Below, piece by piece: positions 55,991 to 64,000 of a DNA stretch of 64,000 bases (position 1 is the first letter of the stretch; the number at the start of each line of letters is the position of its first letter). The stretch lies in the IMG/VR virus record IMGVR_UViG_3300027608_000010; one strand, written 5' to 3'. The notes under the pieces were generated by a model. It made no database searches. It was not told where the DNA came from and was given only the letters and a program-made list of their open reading frames with translations. Made by a program: the position numbers and the translations under genes. Origin of the DNA: a virus. Lineage: Duplodnaviria > Caudoviricetes.

Positions 55991-56175
55991 TTGAAATGCG
56001 CTGGTTAATACAAGCTACGTGGGACGGTCCCGAACAAGTATTGCAATATAGACAAAAAGCTGATATAATTGATTATAGCAGAAAAGATAGTAATGGTCAT
56101 TTTGTTAAGACCACAGAAATGACAGATTGGGTTACAGTACCCACAGTAGATGAGGTATGGAATGCGGACATATAA
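55987..56175 (+). CDS. Hypothetical protein
   Basis: MIEMRW...QVLQYRQ...WVTVPTV; ATG overlaps the upstream stop. Confidence 0.55.
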   Translation: MIEMRWLIQATWDGPEQVLQYRQKADIIDYSRKDSNGHFVKTTEMTDWVTVPTVDEVWNADI

Positions 56176-57508
56176 TAAACGAATTGCTTTTATGATTAGT
56201 GACCAGCACTTTATACCCCATGGGGGTATTGGTTCTTTTTGTAAAAGTTTTACTGAGATGTGCGACCGTATCAACTGGAAGGTTGATATTATATTAGATA
56301 AAGCACCTACTGGTACATTTGATAAAGTGATTGACAATGCAAATATTGTATACCCAGAAGAAGCATTACGATATAGCGACCATACTGCTACCTTTGCATT
56401 TAGTGACACAATAAATTTTGAAAAGATTATAAATTTCCGTAAAGCATTATTGAAAGCATTCGAAACAAATATCTATGACATGGTTGTGTGCAACACACAA
56501 GAAGCAATGACTGCGGCATATGCAATGACAATCAATGCATATATTCCGGTTGTATTTTATACACATTTACATAGTATGATTTTCCGCGAGAGTCAGGGTA
56601 GTGATGTATTTCTAAGTAGCTATCACAATTTTTTTAACAAGCATATGGAGTTCACTGATATTGTTATCGGTACGCAAAGTCAAAAGAATATTGATGAATT
56701 AAATAAGTATGGTGCAACTAACTGTGTTAAATTACCTATGCCAATGAGTGAGCGTGGGTTGTTAGAACCTAATACAAATACTAATCGTAAAGGTGTACTA
56801 TTCATTGGACGATGGGAAGAAGGTAAAAACCCTGAATCATATATCAAAGCAATGAAGGAAGCCAAACTTCCATGTAAAGTTATGACTAACTCAAATGGCG
56901 AAAAGAAATTTATCAAAGCATTTGAAGAAGCCGGTATAACTGACTACGAAATCAAAGCTGGAATTACTGGTCAAGAAAAAGTAGACTTCATTAAAGGTTG
57001 TAAAGTATTTTTCATGCCTAGCTTGCGTGAAAATTATCCATTTGCATTTTTAGAATGTCTAGGTCATATGCCATGTGTAGTACTAGACAAACAAGATTGG
57101 TCTGATAACTTCAACGAAAATCTTTTTTATAAGTGTAAGCAAGATGAAGTACCCGAAGTACTGAATAGACTATACAATGAACCAGAATCTGTAGTTGGGT
57201 TAAAATATGTAAATCAACTTGATGAATTAGTAGCGGAGAGTTGGATTAAGTTCTTAGATAACTTTGTAACCAAAAAGAGCAATACAAATGCCGCAAAGAT
57301 TAACTCATACGAAACAATTAAGTACAGTGACTACATCAAAGAATTGGATCGTAGTCATTTAGCAAGGGAAGATTTTGAAAGTGTGTTGGGTAATAGACAT
57401 AAATTTTTACATGTAGTTTATACAGACAAGAACACATATCTTTCAAAAGTTCCAACATTCAAACCAACAGAGGAGGAAATAGGTTTTGACCTATTTAGTT
57501 TTACATGA
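56162..57508 (+). CDS. GT-B (GT4-like) glycosyltransferase
   Basis: PHGGIGSF N-terminal motif, VLFIGRWEEGKNP, FFMPSLRENYPFAFLECLGHMPCVV. Confidence 0.85.
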   Translation: MRTYNKRIAFMISDQHFIPHGGIGSFCKSFTEMCDRINWKVDIILDKAPTGTFDKVIDNANIVYPEEALRYSDHTATFAFSDTINFEKIINFRKALLKAFETNIYDMVVCNTQEAMTAAYAMTINAYIPVVFYTHLHSMIFRESQGSDVFLSSYHNFFNKHMEFTDIVIGTQSQKNIDELNKYGATNCVKLPMPMSERGLLEPNTNTNRKGVLFIGRWEEGKNPESYIKAMKEAKLPCKVMTNSNGEKKFIKAFEEAGITDYEIKAGITGQEKVDFIKGCKVFFMPSLRENYPFAFLECLGHMPCVVLDKQDWSDNFNENLFYKCKQDEVPEVLNRLYNEPESVVGLKYVNQLDELVAESWIKFLDNFVTKKSNTNAAKINSYETIKYSDYIKELDRSHLAREDFESVLGNRHKFLHVVYTDKNTYLSKVPTFKPTEEEIGFDLFSFT

Positions 57509-58338
57509 AAAAAGTTTTAATCACGGGTAATTCAGGCTACATTGGTAGTCATCTAAGTAAGATGTTAAATGACGAATATGAAGTCTATGGATTAGATATA
57601 GTAGGTCCTCAATTCAAAATTAAGAAACATTATAATCTTGATATCAAAAGTCAACTAAAGGTCAAGGAAGAGTTTGATGCTATCATTCATTTGGCCGCAT
57701 TAGTTAATGTAGGTGAGAGTGAACTAGAACCCACAGATTATTACATGACTAATCTGTTTGGTACACTAAACATATTACAAAATATTAAGACAAAGAACTT
57801 TATCTTTGCGAGTACAGGTGCAGCCGAAAAGTGTGAAAGTGCTTATGGTGTAAGTAAACGGGCAACAGAAGATTGTATACGAGAATTTTGTCAAGTAAAC
57901 AAAGTTCCACACACAACTTTTAGATTCTACAACGTTATAGGTAGTGATGGATTCAAACCCACTAACCCTGATGGTCTGATGTATAATCTAATGCAAGCCC
58001 CGATAAAGGGAGACTTCACTATATTCGGTAAAGACTATAACACATTAGATGGAACTTGCATACGAGACTATGTTCATGTGAATGAGATTTGTCATGCCCT
58101 TAAGTTGGCAATAGAAGAACCTAGCAACAGTTTAGAGAATTTGGGTCATGGTGTCGGACATAGTGTTGGGGAAATGGTTCAAATCTTTGAAATCATAAAT
58201 AACGTGAAATTCTTCACTTTATACGGTCCTAGGCGTAAAGGTGACATAGAAGTATCTGTTTTAGCAAATCCTTCAAAATATATGAAAAAACTCTATACAA
58301 TAGCGGAATTATTGACGGTTGACACTAAATATGCATAG
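57505..58338 (+). CDS. NAD-dependent epimerase/dehydratase (UDP-glucose 4-epimerase-like)
   Basis: LITGNSGYIGSHL, IHLAA, FASTGA, YGVSK, FRFYNVIG, DGTCIRDYVHV. Confidence 0.92.
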   Translation: MKKVLITGNSGYIGSHLSKMLNDEYEVYGLDIVGPQFKIKKHYNLDIKSQLKVKEEFDAIIHLAALVNVGESELEPTDYYMTNLFGTLNILQNIKTKNFIFASTGAAEKCESAYGVSKRATEDCIREFCQVNKVPHTTFRFYNVIGSDGFKPTNPDGLMYNLMQAPIKGDFTIFGKDYNTLDGTCIRDYVHVNEICHALKLAIEEPSNSLENLGHGVGHSVGEMVQIFEIINNVKFFTLYGPRRKGDIEVSVLANPSKYMKKLYTIAELLTVDTKYA

Positions 58339-58347
58339 TGATATACT
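58319..58347 (+). promoter_or_regulatory. Sigma70-like promoter for uvsE
   Basis: TTGACA-17 nt-TATACT. Confidence 0.75.
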
Positions 58348-58376
58348 CAAGACTTCACATACTTTACATAATATAT

Positions 58377-59396
58377 ATGACTATTAAACGCATTGGTTTT
58401 GCTTGCAAATTTGCCGAGATTAACCACAAGGGTGAAATCGTAAGTGTTGAGGGACTAAACACTGGTGGTACTACACTTGCATGGGCACGTCGCCAAACTC
58501 GGCCTGTAGCAGAAGATAAGATACTAGAAGTTGCACACCGCAATATCACTAATACCCATAATCTAATTAAAAAGGTTAGTACTCTTGATCCAAGTTTGCG
58601 TATGCTACGTATAACTAGCGACATGCTTAGTTTCTATACTCATCCTGAATTTCTTGACTTTTGGAAATCAAGTGACAATCAGAAATTTCTCAGTGACATG
58701 TTTGCACCCTTAGGTGAGACTGCACGTGCTAACAATGTTCGTCTTAGTATGCACCCCGATCAGTTTGTTGTTCTAGCAAGTGACAGGGAAGAAGTTGTAA
58801 CTAACAGTATTCGGGAGTTTGAGTATCATGCAGACATGGTTAGATTTATGGGCTATGGCAAAACATTTCAAGATTTCAAAATCAATGTGCATATCAGTGG
58901 ACGACAAGGTCCTGAAGGTATACGTAAAACCTATACCAAACTCTCACCGGAAGCACGTAATTGTATTACTATCGAAAACGAAGAAATTAGCTGGGGGCTA
59001 GATGACTGCTTAGAGTTGGCAGACTTACTACCCATTGTATTAGACATTCATCATCATTGGATTAAAACTGGAGAATATATTGAACACGATAGCGACTTGG
59101 TTAAAAAGGTTATTGATAGTTGGCGTGACCGTAGGCCTACTATGCACTATTCCGTATCTCGGGAAGATGTACTTGTTGACCATGACAGACATATCGCACC
59201 CGATCATGGTACGCTAATCGCTGCCGGACATAACAAACAAAAACTACGTGCCCATAGTATCTACTATTGGAACGAGGCTGTTAACGACTGGGCATTGACA
59301 TTCAATGACAACTTTGATATCATGTGCGAGTCAAAGGCAAAGAATTTAGCCAGCTTTAAATTATACGAAAGAGCAAAACAAAATGGGACTATTTGA
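58377..59396 (+). CDS. uvsE: UV DNA damage endonuclease (UvsE/UVDE)
   Basis: RIGFACK, LRITSD, VRLSMHPDQF, INVHISG, ITIENEE, VLDIHHH, MCESKAKNLA; likely start ATG 58377. Confidence 0.92.
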   Translation: MTIKRIGFACKFAEINHKGEIVSVEGLNTGGTTLAWARRQTRPVAEDKILEVAHRNITNTHNLIKKVSTLDPSLRMLRITSDMLSFYTHPEFLDFWKSSDNQKFLSDMFAPLGETARANNVRLSMHPDQFVVLASDREEVVTNSIREFEYHADMVRFMGYGKTFQDFKINVHISGRQGPEGIRKTYTKLSPEARNCITIENEEISWGLDDCLELADLLPIVLDIHHHWIKTGEYIEHDSDLVKKVIDSWRDRRPTMHYSVSREDVLVDHDRHIAPDHGTLIAAGHNKQKLRAHSIYYWNEAVNDWALTFNDNFDIMCESKAKNLASFKLYERAKQNGTI

Positions 59397-59808
59397 TATA
59401 TTTAAAAAGAAGCCAGTAGAACAGGTCGTAGCACCTGTTAAGGAAAAGAAACCTCGCACTCCCAAAGTAAAAGAACCCATCAAGGAATTAACCGAGAAGG
59501 AAAAAGCAACCGCGGCAGGTGAACCTTACGTTCAGATTTTAAGTATGGATGTTGATCCTGAGAACATCAATGCAGGTTCTTTTGACCTTGACTATAATGA
59601 CAAATTCATTTTGAATCTGATTCGTGCAGGATACAAGATGCGTGATGACGATACTGATTATGATATACTAGATCGTTGGTGGGTCGAAATTTGTAGGAAT
59701 ACAGTTTTAGCTGTATATGAACAATCAATTGCGGGCGAACCTGAGCATAGAGATTTGCGTAAGATGAACTCAAAAGATATTGGAAATGGGCGAACAGAAG
59801 TAAGTTAA
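59383..59808 (+). CDS. Hypothetical protein
   Basis: 141 aa; EKEKATAAGEPYV..LDYNDKFI.NL.RAGY. Confidence 0.6.
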   Translation: MGLFDIFKKKPVEQVVAPVKEKKPRTPKVKEPIKELTEKEKATAAGEPYVQILSMDVDPENINAGSFDLDYNDKFILNLIRAGYKMRDDDTDYDILDRWWVEICRNTVLAVYEQSIAGEPEHRDLRKMNSKDIGNGRTEVS

Positions 59809-59854
59809 TCAACTTGTTAATGTTGAAATAAAACAACAGTATTACATTTTTCGG

Positions 59855-59883
59855 TTGACTACATATCCATACTGTGTTACATT
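59855..59883 (+). promoter_or_regulatory. Sigma70-like promoter for a two-gene cassette
   Basis: TTGACT-17 nt-TACATT. Confidence 0.55.
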
Positions 59884-59900
59884 AATGATTGTATTAATTC

Positions 59901-60518
59901 ATGCGGGGTAGAATGTCTGTAAATCAACAAACTGATGTTGAGGTGCTTTCAAAGTTAAAGTCTTTTGAATGGGATTTTATCATTGATTTTGCCTTGAACC
60001 ACGTTAATAACATTAGAGGCAATCAATACAACTTTTTACGAGGTGGATTGATTGAAGATGTTATTGCTGAACAAGATGATGAACTTGAATTTGTGGGTGA
60101 AAATCACAAAGATTTTGAATGGCATCGTTTTGGTATATCACTTGAATGTAAGTCATTGTTAAACAATACAATGTACGACAGACGAGGAAAATTAAAGGAT
60201 AATTTTGCAATTAAATTATGTAGCCTGCGTTCTAAACGTAAAATAAAACCAAATGAAATTTGTGATATAATTTTAGTTATTATGAAAGACGGTTCATTCA
60301 TAATTCCCAAACACGTTGCTATTCATAATACTATACAAAAAGGCAATCAAATTGATATCGTCATTGGATCAAAACATATCATTGAAATTTCAGGACCGAA
60401 AAACTTATCAACGGTAACTCAAAAAATTGATATTAATGAAATGGTAAAGAATTTTCAAAAAACACTAATTGACAAAGCAAGACAAAATTTCAATCGTAGA
60501 ACTAAACTTGAGGTATAA
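59901..60518 (+). CDS. Putative PD-(D/E)xK restriction-endonuclease-fold protein
   Basis: RGGLIE.VIAE...HKDFE......LECKS (E...D...ExK) and CDIILVI. Confidence 0.45.
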   Translation: MRGRMSVNQQTDVEVLSKLKSFEWDFIIDFALNHVNNIRGNQYNFLRGGLIEDVIAEQDDELEFVGENHKDFEWHRFGISLECKSLLNNTMYDRRGKLKDNFAIKLCSLRSKRKIKPNEICDIILVIMKDGSFIIPKHVAIHNTIQKGNQIDIVIGSKHIIEISGPKNLSTVTQKIDINEMVKNFQKTLIDKARQNFNRRTKLEV

Positions 60519-60521
60519 TTT

Positions 60522-61742
60522 ATGACTAATCAAACAGGAACTCCAATGACACAGAAAAAACGCACATTTACTCCACGTAAGGGTAAATCTACATTTAGTA
60601 AAATTGATAATGTTTTTATTAAAGAAATTCACGAATTTGTCAAATATAGTATATCTGATGTGGGCGATGATTTATTGAAAATTCAAAAGTTAAAAAATGC
60701 TTTAACAACTAATAAAGCAAATGATGTTGCTGGTACTGATCCCAACTATGATCCAAAAAATATGGGTAAAGCCTGTGAGACTAAATTGGGTGACCATCAT
60801 TGGCTTGAGATGATTCAGAGGCTTGTTGATTTTCGAAATTTGTTAAAAATTGTACAAAATTTCAGATTTAGTTCCTTCACTACTGTTTATGCTGTTAAAC
60901 ATCCTTGGCTTAACTATTTAATTACAGTAGATGGCTTTCATCATTTGTTAGCTCTTTATGTTAATATCCGAGCAGGTAATATTAAGGGTTGGGATCCAGA
61001 AGATTGGAGAGATTTCCCTATACCTACTATGCTATGGGAAAATGATGATGCAAGTTTCCCTCTGCGTATTGCATGTGAAATTAATGGCGGAACCCAATTG
61101 ATATGGGGTGAGATTGAACATTTGCGATGCAATAGTGCTATTGCACGACTTTTCCCTAAATATGCTAAACCAGAAGATATACTAGCACTTGAGCAGGTTT
61201 CGGCATGCTTAAACGAAGGGCATAGCGTTCCACTTCACTATAAGCATAAAAATGCTCAGATTAAAGAAGCAATTACTCATATTGGTGCAATCGTCAGCAA
61301 CAAAAATATTACTAGACTGAAATATATTTTACAAGAAAATTATAATCACTGGCCTCAAGATTCACGAAAATCAGGTATGTTTGGTTTTTACGGTAATATC
61401 TTTGACCACTTACCCGGAATTTCAAAAAGTCAGATGAATGATTACCATTACATTATTGAAAATGTATTTGGTTCACTAGACAAAGCTAAATCTGCTGTTA
61501 CAAAAGCAATGACCAAATTGTCAGCCTTATCAAATGATAATTGGCAACCTTCAGGGAAAGATAATGCATTGTTAGCAATGGTAGAAATAATTTACAAAGA
61601 CTATCTATTGGGTTCGTGTAAAATCACCGGTGCTAGAGGTGGTTATGCATACGTAAATTCTAAAAATATTACAATTAATGTTGTTGATGCACTTATGCAA
61701 TTACCAAATACAATACATGCTGTAAAAATTAACTCCTTGTGA
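60522..61742 (+). CDS. Protein with a ParB/DGQHR-like domain
   Basis: IQRLVD...LLKIVQNF.....VYAV......ITVDGFHHLLAL resembles ParB-like QR..D...KI..NF...DGQHR. Confidence 0.5.
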   Translation: MTNQTGTPMTQKKRTFTPRKGKSTFSKIDNVFIKEIHEFVKYSISDVGDDLLKIQKLKNALTTNKANDVAGTDPNYDPKNMGKACETKLGDHHWLEMIQRLVDFRNLLKIVQNFRFSSFTTVYAVKHPWLNYLITVDGFHHLLALYVNIRAGNIKGWDPEDWRDFPIPTMLWENDDASFPLRIACEINGGTQLIWGEIEHLRCNSAIARLFPKYAKPEDILALEQVSACLNEGHSVPLHYKHKNAQIKEAITHIGAIVSNKNITRLKYILQENYNHWPQDSRKSGMFGFYGNIFDHLPGISKSQMNDYHYIIENVFGSLDKAKSAVTKAMTKLSALSNDNWQPSGKDNALLAMVEIIYKDYLLGSCKITGARGGYAYVNSKNITINVVDALMQLPNTIHAVKINSL

Positions 61743-61743
61743 C

Positions 61744-61772
61744 TTGACAATATTTAAATATACGTATATAAT
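61744..61772 (+). promoter_or_regulatory. Consensus sigma70 promoter
   Basis: TTGACA-17 nt-TATAAT. Confidence 0.85.
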
Positions 61773-61778
61773 ACACAC

Positions 61779-62786
61779 ATGACAAAACGTTACGCACTCA
61801 TCGATACGGCAAATACCTTCTTCCGTGCTAGACACGTTGCTAGTCGCAACTCTACATTAGAAGAAAAAATCGGCATGGCCCTACACTTGACACTTGCTAG
61901 TGTTAATCAAGCAGTAAGACGCTATGGAATTGACCATGTTGTATTTTGCTTGGAGGGGAAATCGTGGAGGAAGGCAGTATACGGTCCTTACAAAAAAAAT
62001 CGTGTGGTTGATGCAATGTCAGTCACTGAGGAAGAAAAAGAAGAATCGGCTATGTTTTGGGATACTTACGAAAAGTTTACCACATACATACGAGAGAAAA
62101 CTAACGTCAGTGTACTCAGGCACGAACGGGCTGAGGCTGATGATTTGATTGCCCGTTTTATCCATCTACATCCAAATGACACGCATTATATTATTAGCAC
62201 TGATTCCGATTATGTTCAGCTTATTACTGATAAAGTGTTCCAGTACAATGGAGTCGCAAATGAACTCATCACACTCTCCGGATATCTTAAAGATACGGGT
62301 AAGCCGATACTAGATAAGAAAACTAAACAGCCTAAATTGTTAGAGGATCCACAGTACTTACTTTTTAAAAAATGTATGAGGGGAGACAGTTCCGACAACG
62401 TATTCAGTGCGTATCCGGGTGTGCGTGAAAAAGGTTCTAAGAATAAGGTTGGTTTGATTGAAGCATACGAAGATAGAATGAAGCAAGGTTTTTCGTGGAA
62501 CAATCTAATGTTGCAACGCTGGCTGGACCACGAAAATGTCGAGCATCGGGTTAAAGATGACTATGAACGTAATCGTATGCTGATTGACTTAACTGCACAA
62601 CCTGACGAGATTAAACAATTGGTTGATGAATCAATTCGCAATGGTGTTCGTACAACTACAACATCTCAAGTTGGTATACACTTTATGAAATTTTGTAACA
62701 AATACGAATTGACTAAGCTCAGTGAACAATCAGAAACATATTCACGGTGGCTTAACAATCCCTATACAGGTGTACTCAATGGATAA
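61779..62786 (+). CDS. rnh: T4 RNase H-like 5'-3' exonuclease (FEN-1/PIN fold)
   Basis: LIDTANTFFR, YKKNR, EADDLIA, ISTDSDYVQL, GDSSDNV..AYPGV. Confidence 0.88.
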   Translation: MTKRYALIDTANTFFRARHVASRNSTLEEKIGMALHLTLASVNQAVRRYGIDHVVFCLEGKSWRKAVYGPYKKNRVVDAMSVTEEEKEESAMFWDTYEKFTTYIREKTNVSVLRHERAEADDLIARFIHLHPNDTHYIISTDSDYVQLITDKVFQYNGVANELITLSGYLKDTGKPILDKKTKQPKLLEDPQYLLFKKCMRGDSSDNVFSAYPGVREKGSKNKVGLIEAYEDRMKQGFSWNNLMLQRWLDHENVEHRVKDDYERNRMLIDLTAQPDEIKQLVDESIRNGVRTTTTSQVGIHFMKFCNKYELTKLSEQSETYSRWLNNPYTGVLNG

Positions 62787-62982
62787 GAAAATTAGAATTA
62801 ATTTAGCCGGCATTGATGAACTTGACGAACAAACATTGGGTATGTTGATTGACGGGCTTGTTGAACTATATCAAGAAAAATATGGATTAGATATTTTACT
62901 TGACGAACCAGACAAACCCGAGTATGATGCAGAGAACTTGGATGTTGTAAAAGATTACTTGAAAAAATTTAGATTACAATGA
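62779..62982 (+). CDS. Small acidic hypothetical protein
   Basis: ATG 62779 after AGGTG. Confidence 0.55.
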   Translation: MDKKIRINLAGIDELDEQTLGMLIDGLVELYQEKYGLDILLDEPDKPEYDAENLDVVKDYLKKFRLQ

Positions 62983-63461
62983 ATGAGAAAATAACTTATT
63001 ATAAAAAAGTGGGTCGTAGATACAGGGCCGTGTATGAGTACGACCAAAAACTTAGTGATGCATTACCAAAAGGTACTCATCTAATACAGGTTTATCCAGG
63101 TGGAAAATTAACACGTTACAATATAAACCCTGCACATGCACCAATGATTGCGGCTGGTCGTGTAGCAGAGGATAAGATTAGTGAGGTAATTAGAAAAGCC
63201 ACTGACATGCGTCCTGCTAGTAAAGAAACAAAATTAACAGAAGAACAAATACGTTGCTGGAATGAACTAAGCAAAGCGTTTGGTGAAGATAACCACGCAT
63301 TACAATGGCCCAGTGCTAGGGAAGCCTGTGAGGAAGCAGTCAAAGCAATGCAACAGGAAGCAGAAAAACTACTAGCTGTACCAGCAGTTAGAAAAGCCTA
63401 TGAACATTTCTTGTTTGTAGCAGAATTAACTAAGGATACTAAAAATGAATCTAATAGCTAA
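62979..63461 (+). CDS. Hypothetical protein
   Basis: 160 aa, coupled to its neighbours. Confidence 0.6.
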   Translation: MNEKITYYKKVGRRYRAVYEYDQKLSDALPKGTHLIQVYPGGKLTRYNINPAHAPMIAAGRVAEDKISEVIRKATDMRPASKETKLTEEQIRCWNELSKAFGEDNHALQWPSAREACEEAVKAMQQEAEKLLAVPAVRKAYEHFLFVAELTKDTKNESNS

Positions 63462-63906
63462 ACCAATTATTAAAAATCAATATTGGGTAGTCACTGATGG
63501 TGACAAAAAAGTCGGTAATGTTATTCAAGAGGGTAGTGAATACAAAGTTAAACTCAACAACAAAACCGAACTCTATGATAGCACCAAGGCTATTGAAAAA
63601 CTTAAGCATATAGAATTTGAGAAACTTGCAAAGGTCAAACCCAAGGACACTAGCCCGCCCTTTGCAGTCTTCCCAACTAATAGAAATAAAATCTATAACA
63701 GCGTATTAGATGTCAAGCGTAAGTTACATTTGTACACTACTACCCCAAAAAGCAAGTGTTACTATGTTGCTGGTTGGTTTGCTATCAAGACCGGTGCTGA
63801 GTATGTTGCTACTTTTTGTCCTAAATACATATTTGTTCAACGGTATAATTACAAAGGACCGTTTAACTCTGAGGTCGAAGCAAATAGTAGCATAAATACT
63901 CTATGA
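63445..63906 (+). CDS. Hypothetical protein
   Basis: AAGGA RBS; LIAKPII...WVV...KKVGN, YYVAGWF, FCPKYIFVQRY. Confidence 0.6.
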   Translation: MNLIAKPIIKNQYWVVTDGDKKVGNVIQEGSEYKVKLNNKTELYDSTKAIEKLKHIEFEKLAKVKPKDTSPPFAVFPTNRNKIYNSVLDVKRKLHLYTTTPKSKCYYVAGWFAIKTGAEYVATFCPKYIFVQRYNYKGPFNSEVEANSSINTL

Positions 63907-64000
63907 ATCAAATAAAAAAATTTATTGATAAAATAACGGTCATAGAAGGACGTCAAGCACGGGAAGTTGTACTTACACTCAATGATGCCAAAGAATTACG
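63903..64000 (+). CDS. Start of a hypothetical protein running off the window (MNQIKKFIDKI...)
   Basis: CATAAATA at 63891, ATGA overlap, frame open to the end of the window. Confidence 0.5.
   Translation, partial: MNQIKKFIDKITVIEGRQAREVVLTLNDAKEL

Noticed and set aside
1-64000. tRNA/tmRNA genes and stop-codon reassignment
   Set aside because: No cloverleaf or T-loop GTTCRA in any intergenic gap. Conserved enzymes are full length in code 11 and both TAG and TGA act as stops.

Overview
This is a 64 kb segment of a large, AT-rich, lytic tailed-phage genome with T4-superfamily-like organisation. Genes are densely packed, almost all on the + strand, in the standard genetic code. Replication genes: family B DNA polymerase, RFC-type clamp loader, probable sliding clamp, RNase H/5'-3' exonuclease, DsbA-like protein and a stand-alone DnaE fragment. 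Virion genes: several long modular tail fibres, an Ig-repeat protein, a GH19 endolysin and a 3TM holin. Chaperone genes: GroES, DnaJ and ClpA. Auxiliary genes: PhoH, Dps, acyl-lipid desaturase, UvsE and a 2OG-Fe(II) oxygenase. A 7-deazaguanine DNA-modification cluster (dpdA-like, folE, queD, queE and a second T-fold gene) is interleaved with glycosyltransferases, a cytidylyltransferase and an epimerase. Near-consensus sigma70 promoters precede replication and accessory genes, and T4-type NATAAATA late promoters precede virion genes. The most striking unexplained structure is a block of proteins (about 30.1-42.6 kb, plus outliers) that begin with T4 capsid-targeting-like leaders ending in xxE and look like polyproteins cut at xxE sites. 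In one of them four module junctions carry the identical 11-bp sequence GGTGTGGCGGA (G-V-A-E in rare codons), and an 85-aa module has been copied between two of these genes at xxE boundaries. This suggests a recombination-shuffled system of capsid-packaged, injected effectors. The reversed phoH gene is also flanked by two hairpins with perfectly complementary 7-nt loops. No tRNA, rRNA, CRISPR array, integrase, transposase or reverse transcriptase was recognised. All family assignments come from motif recognition by eye; no database searches were run.
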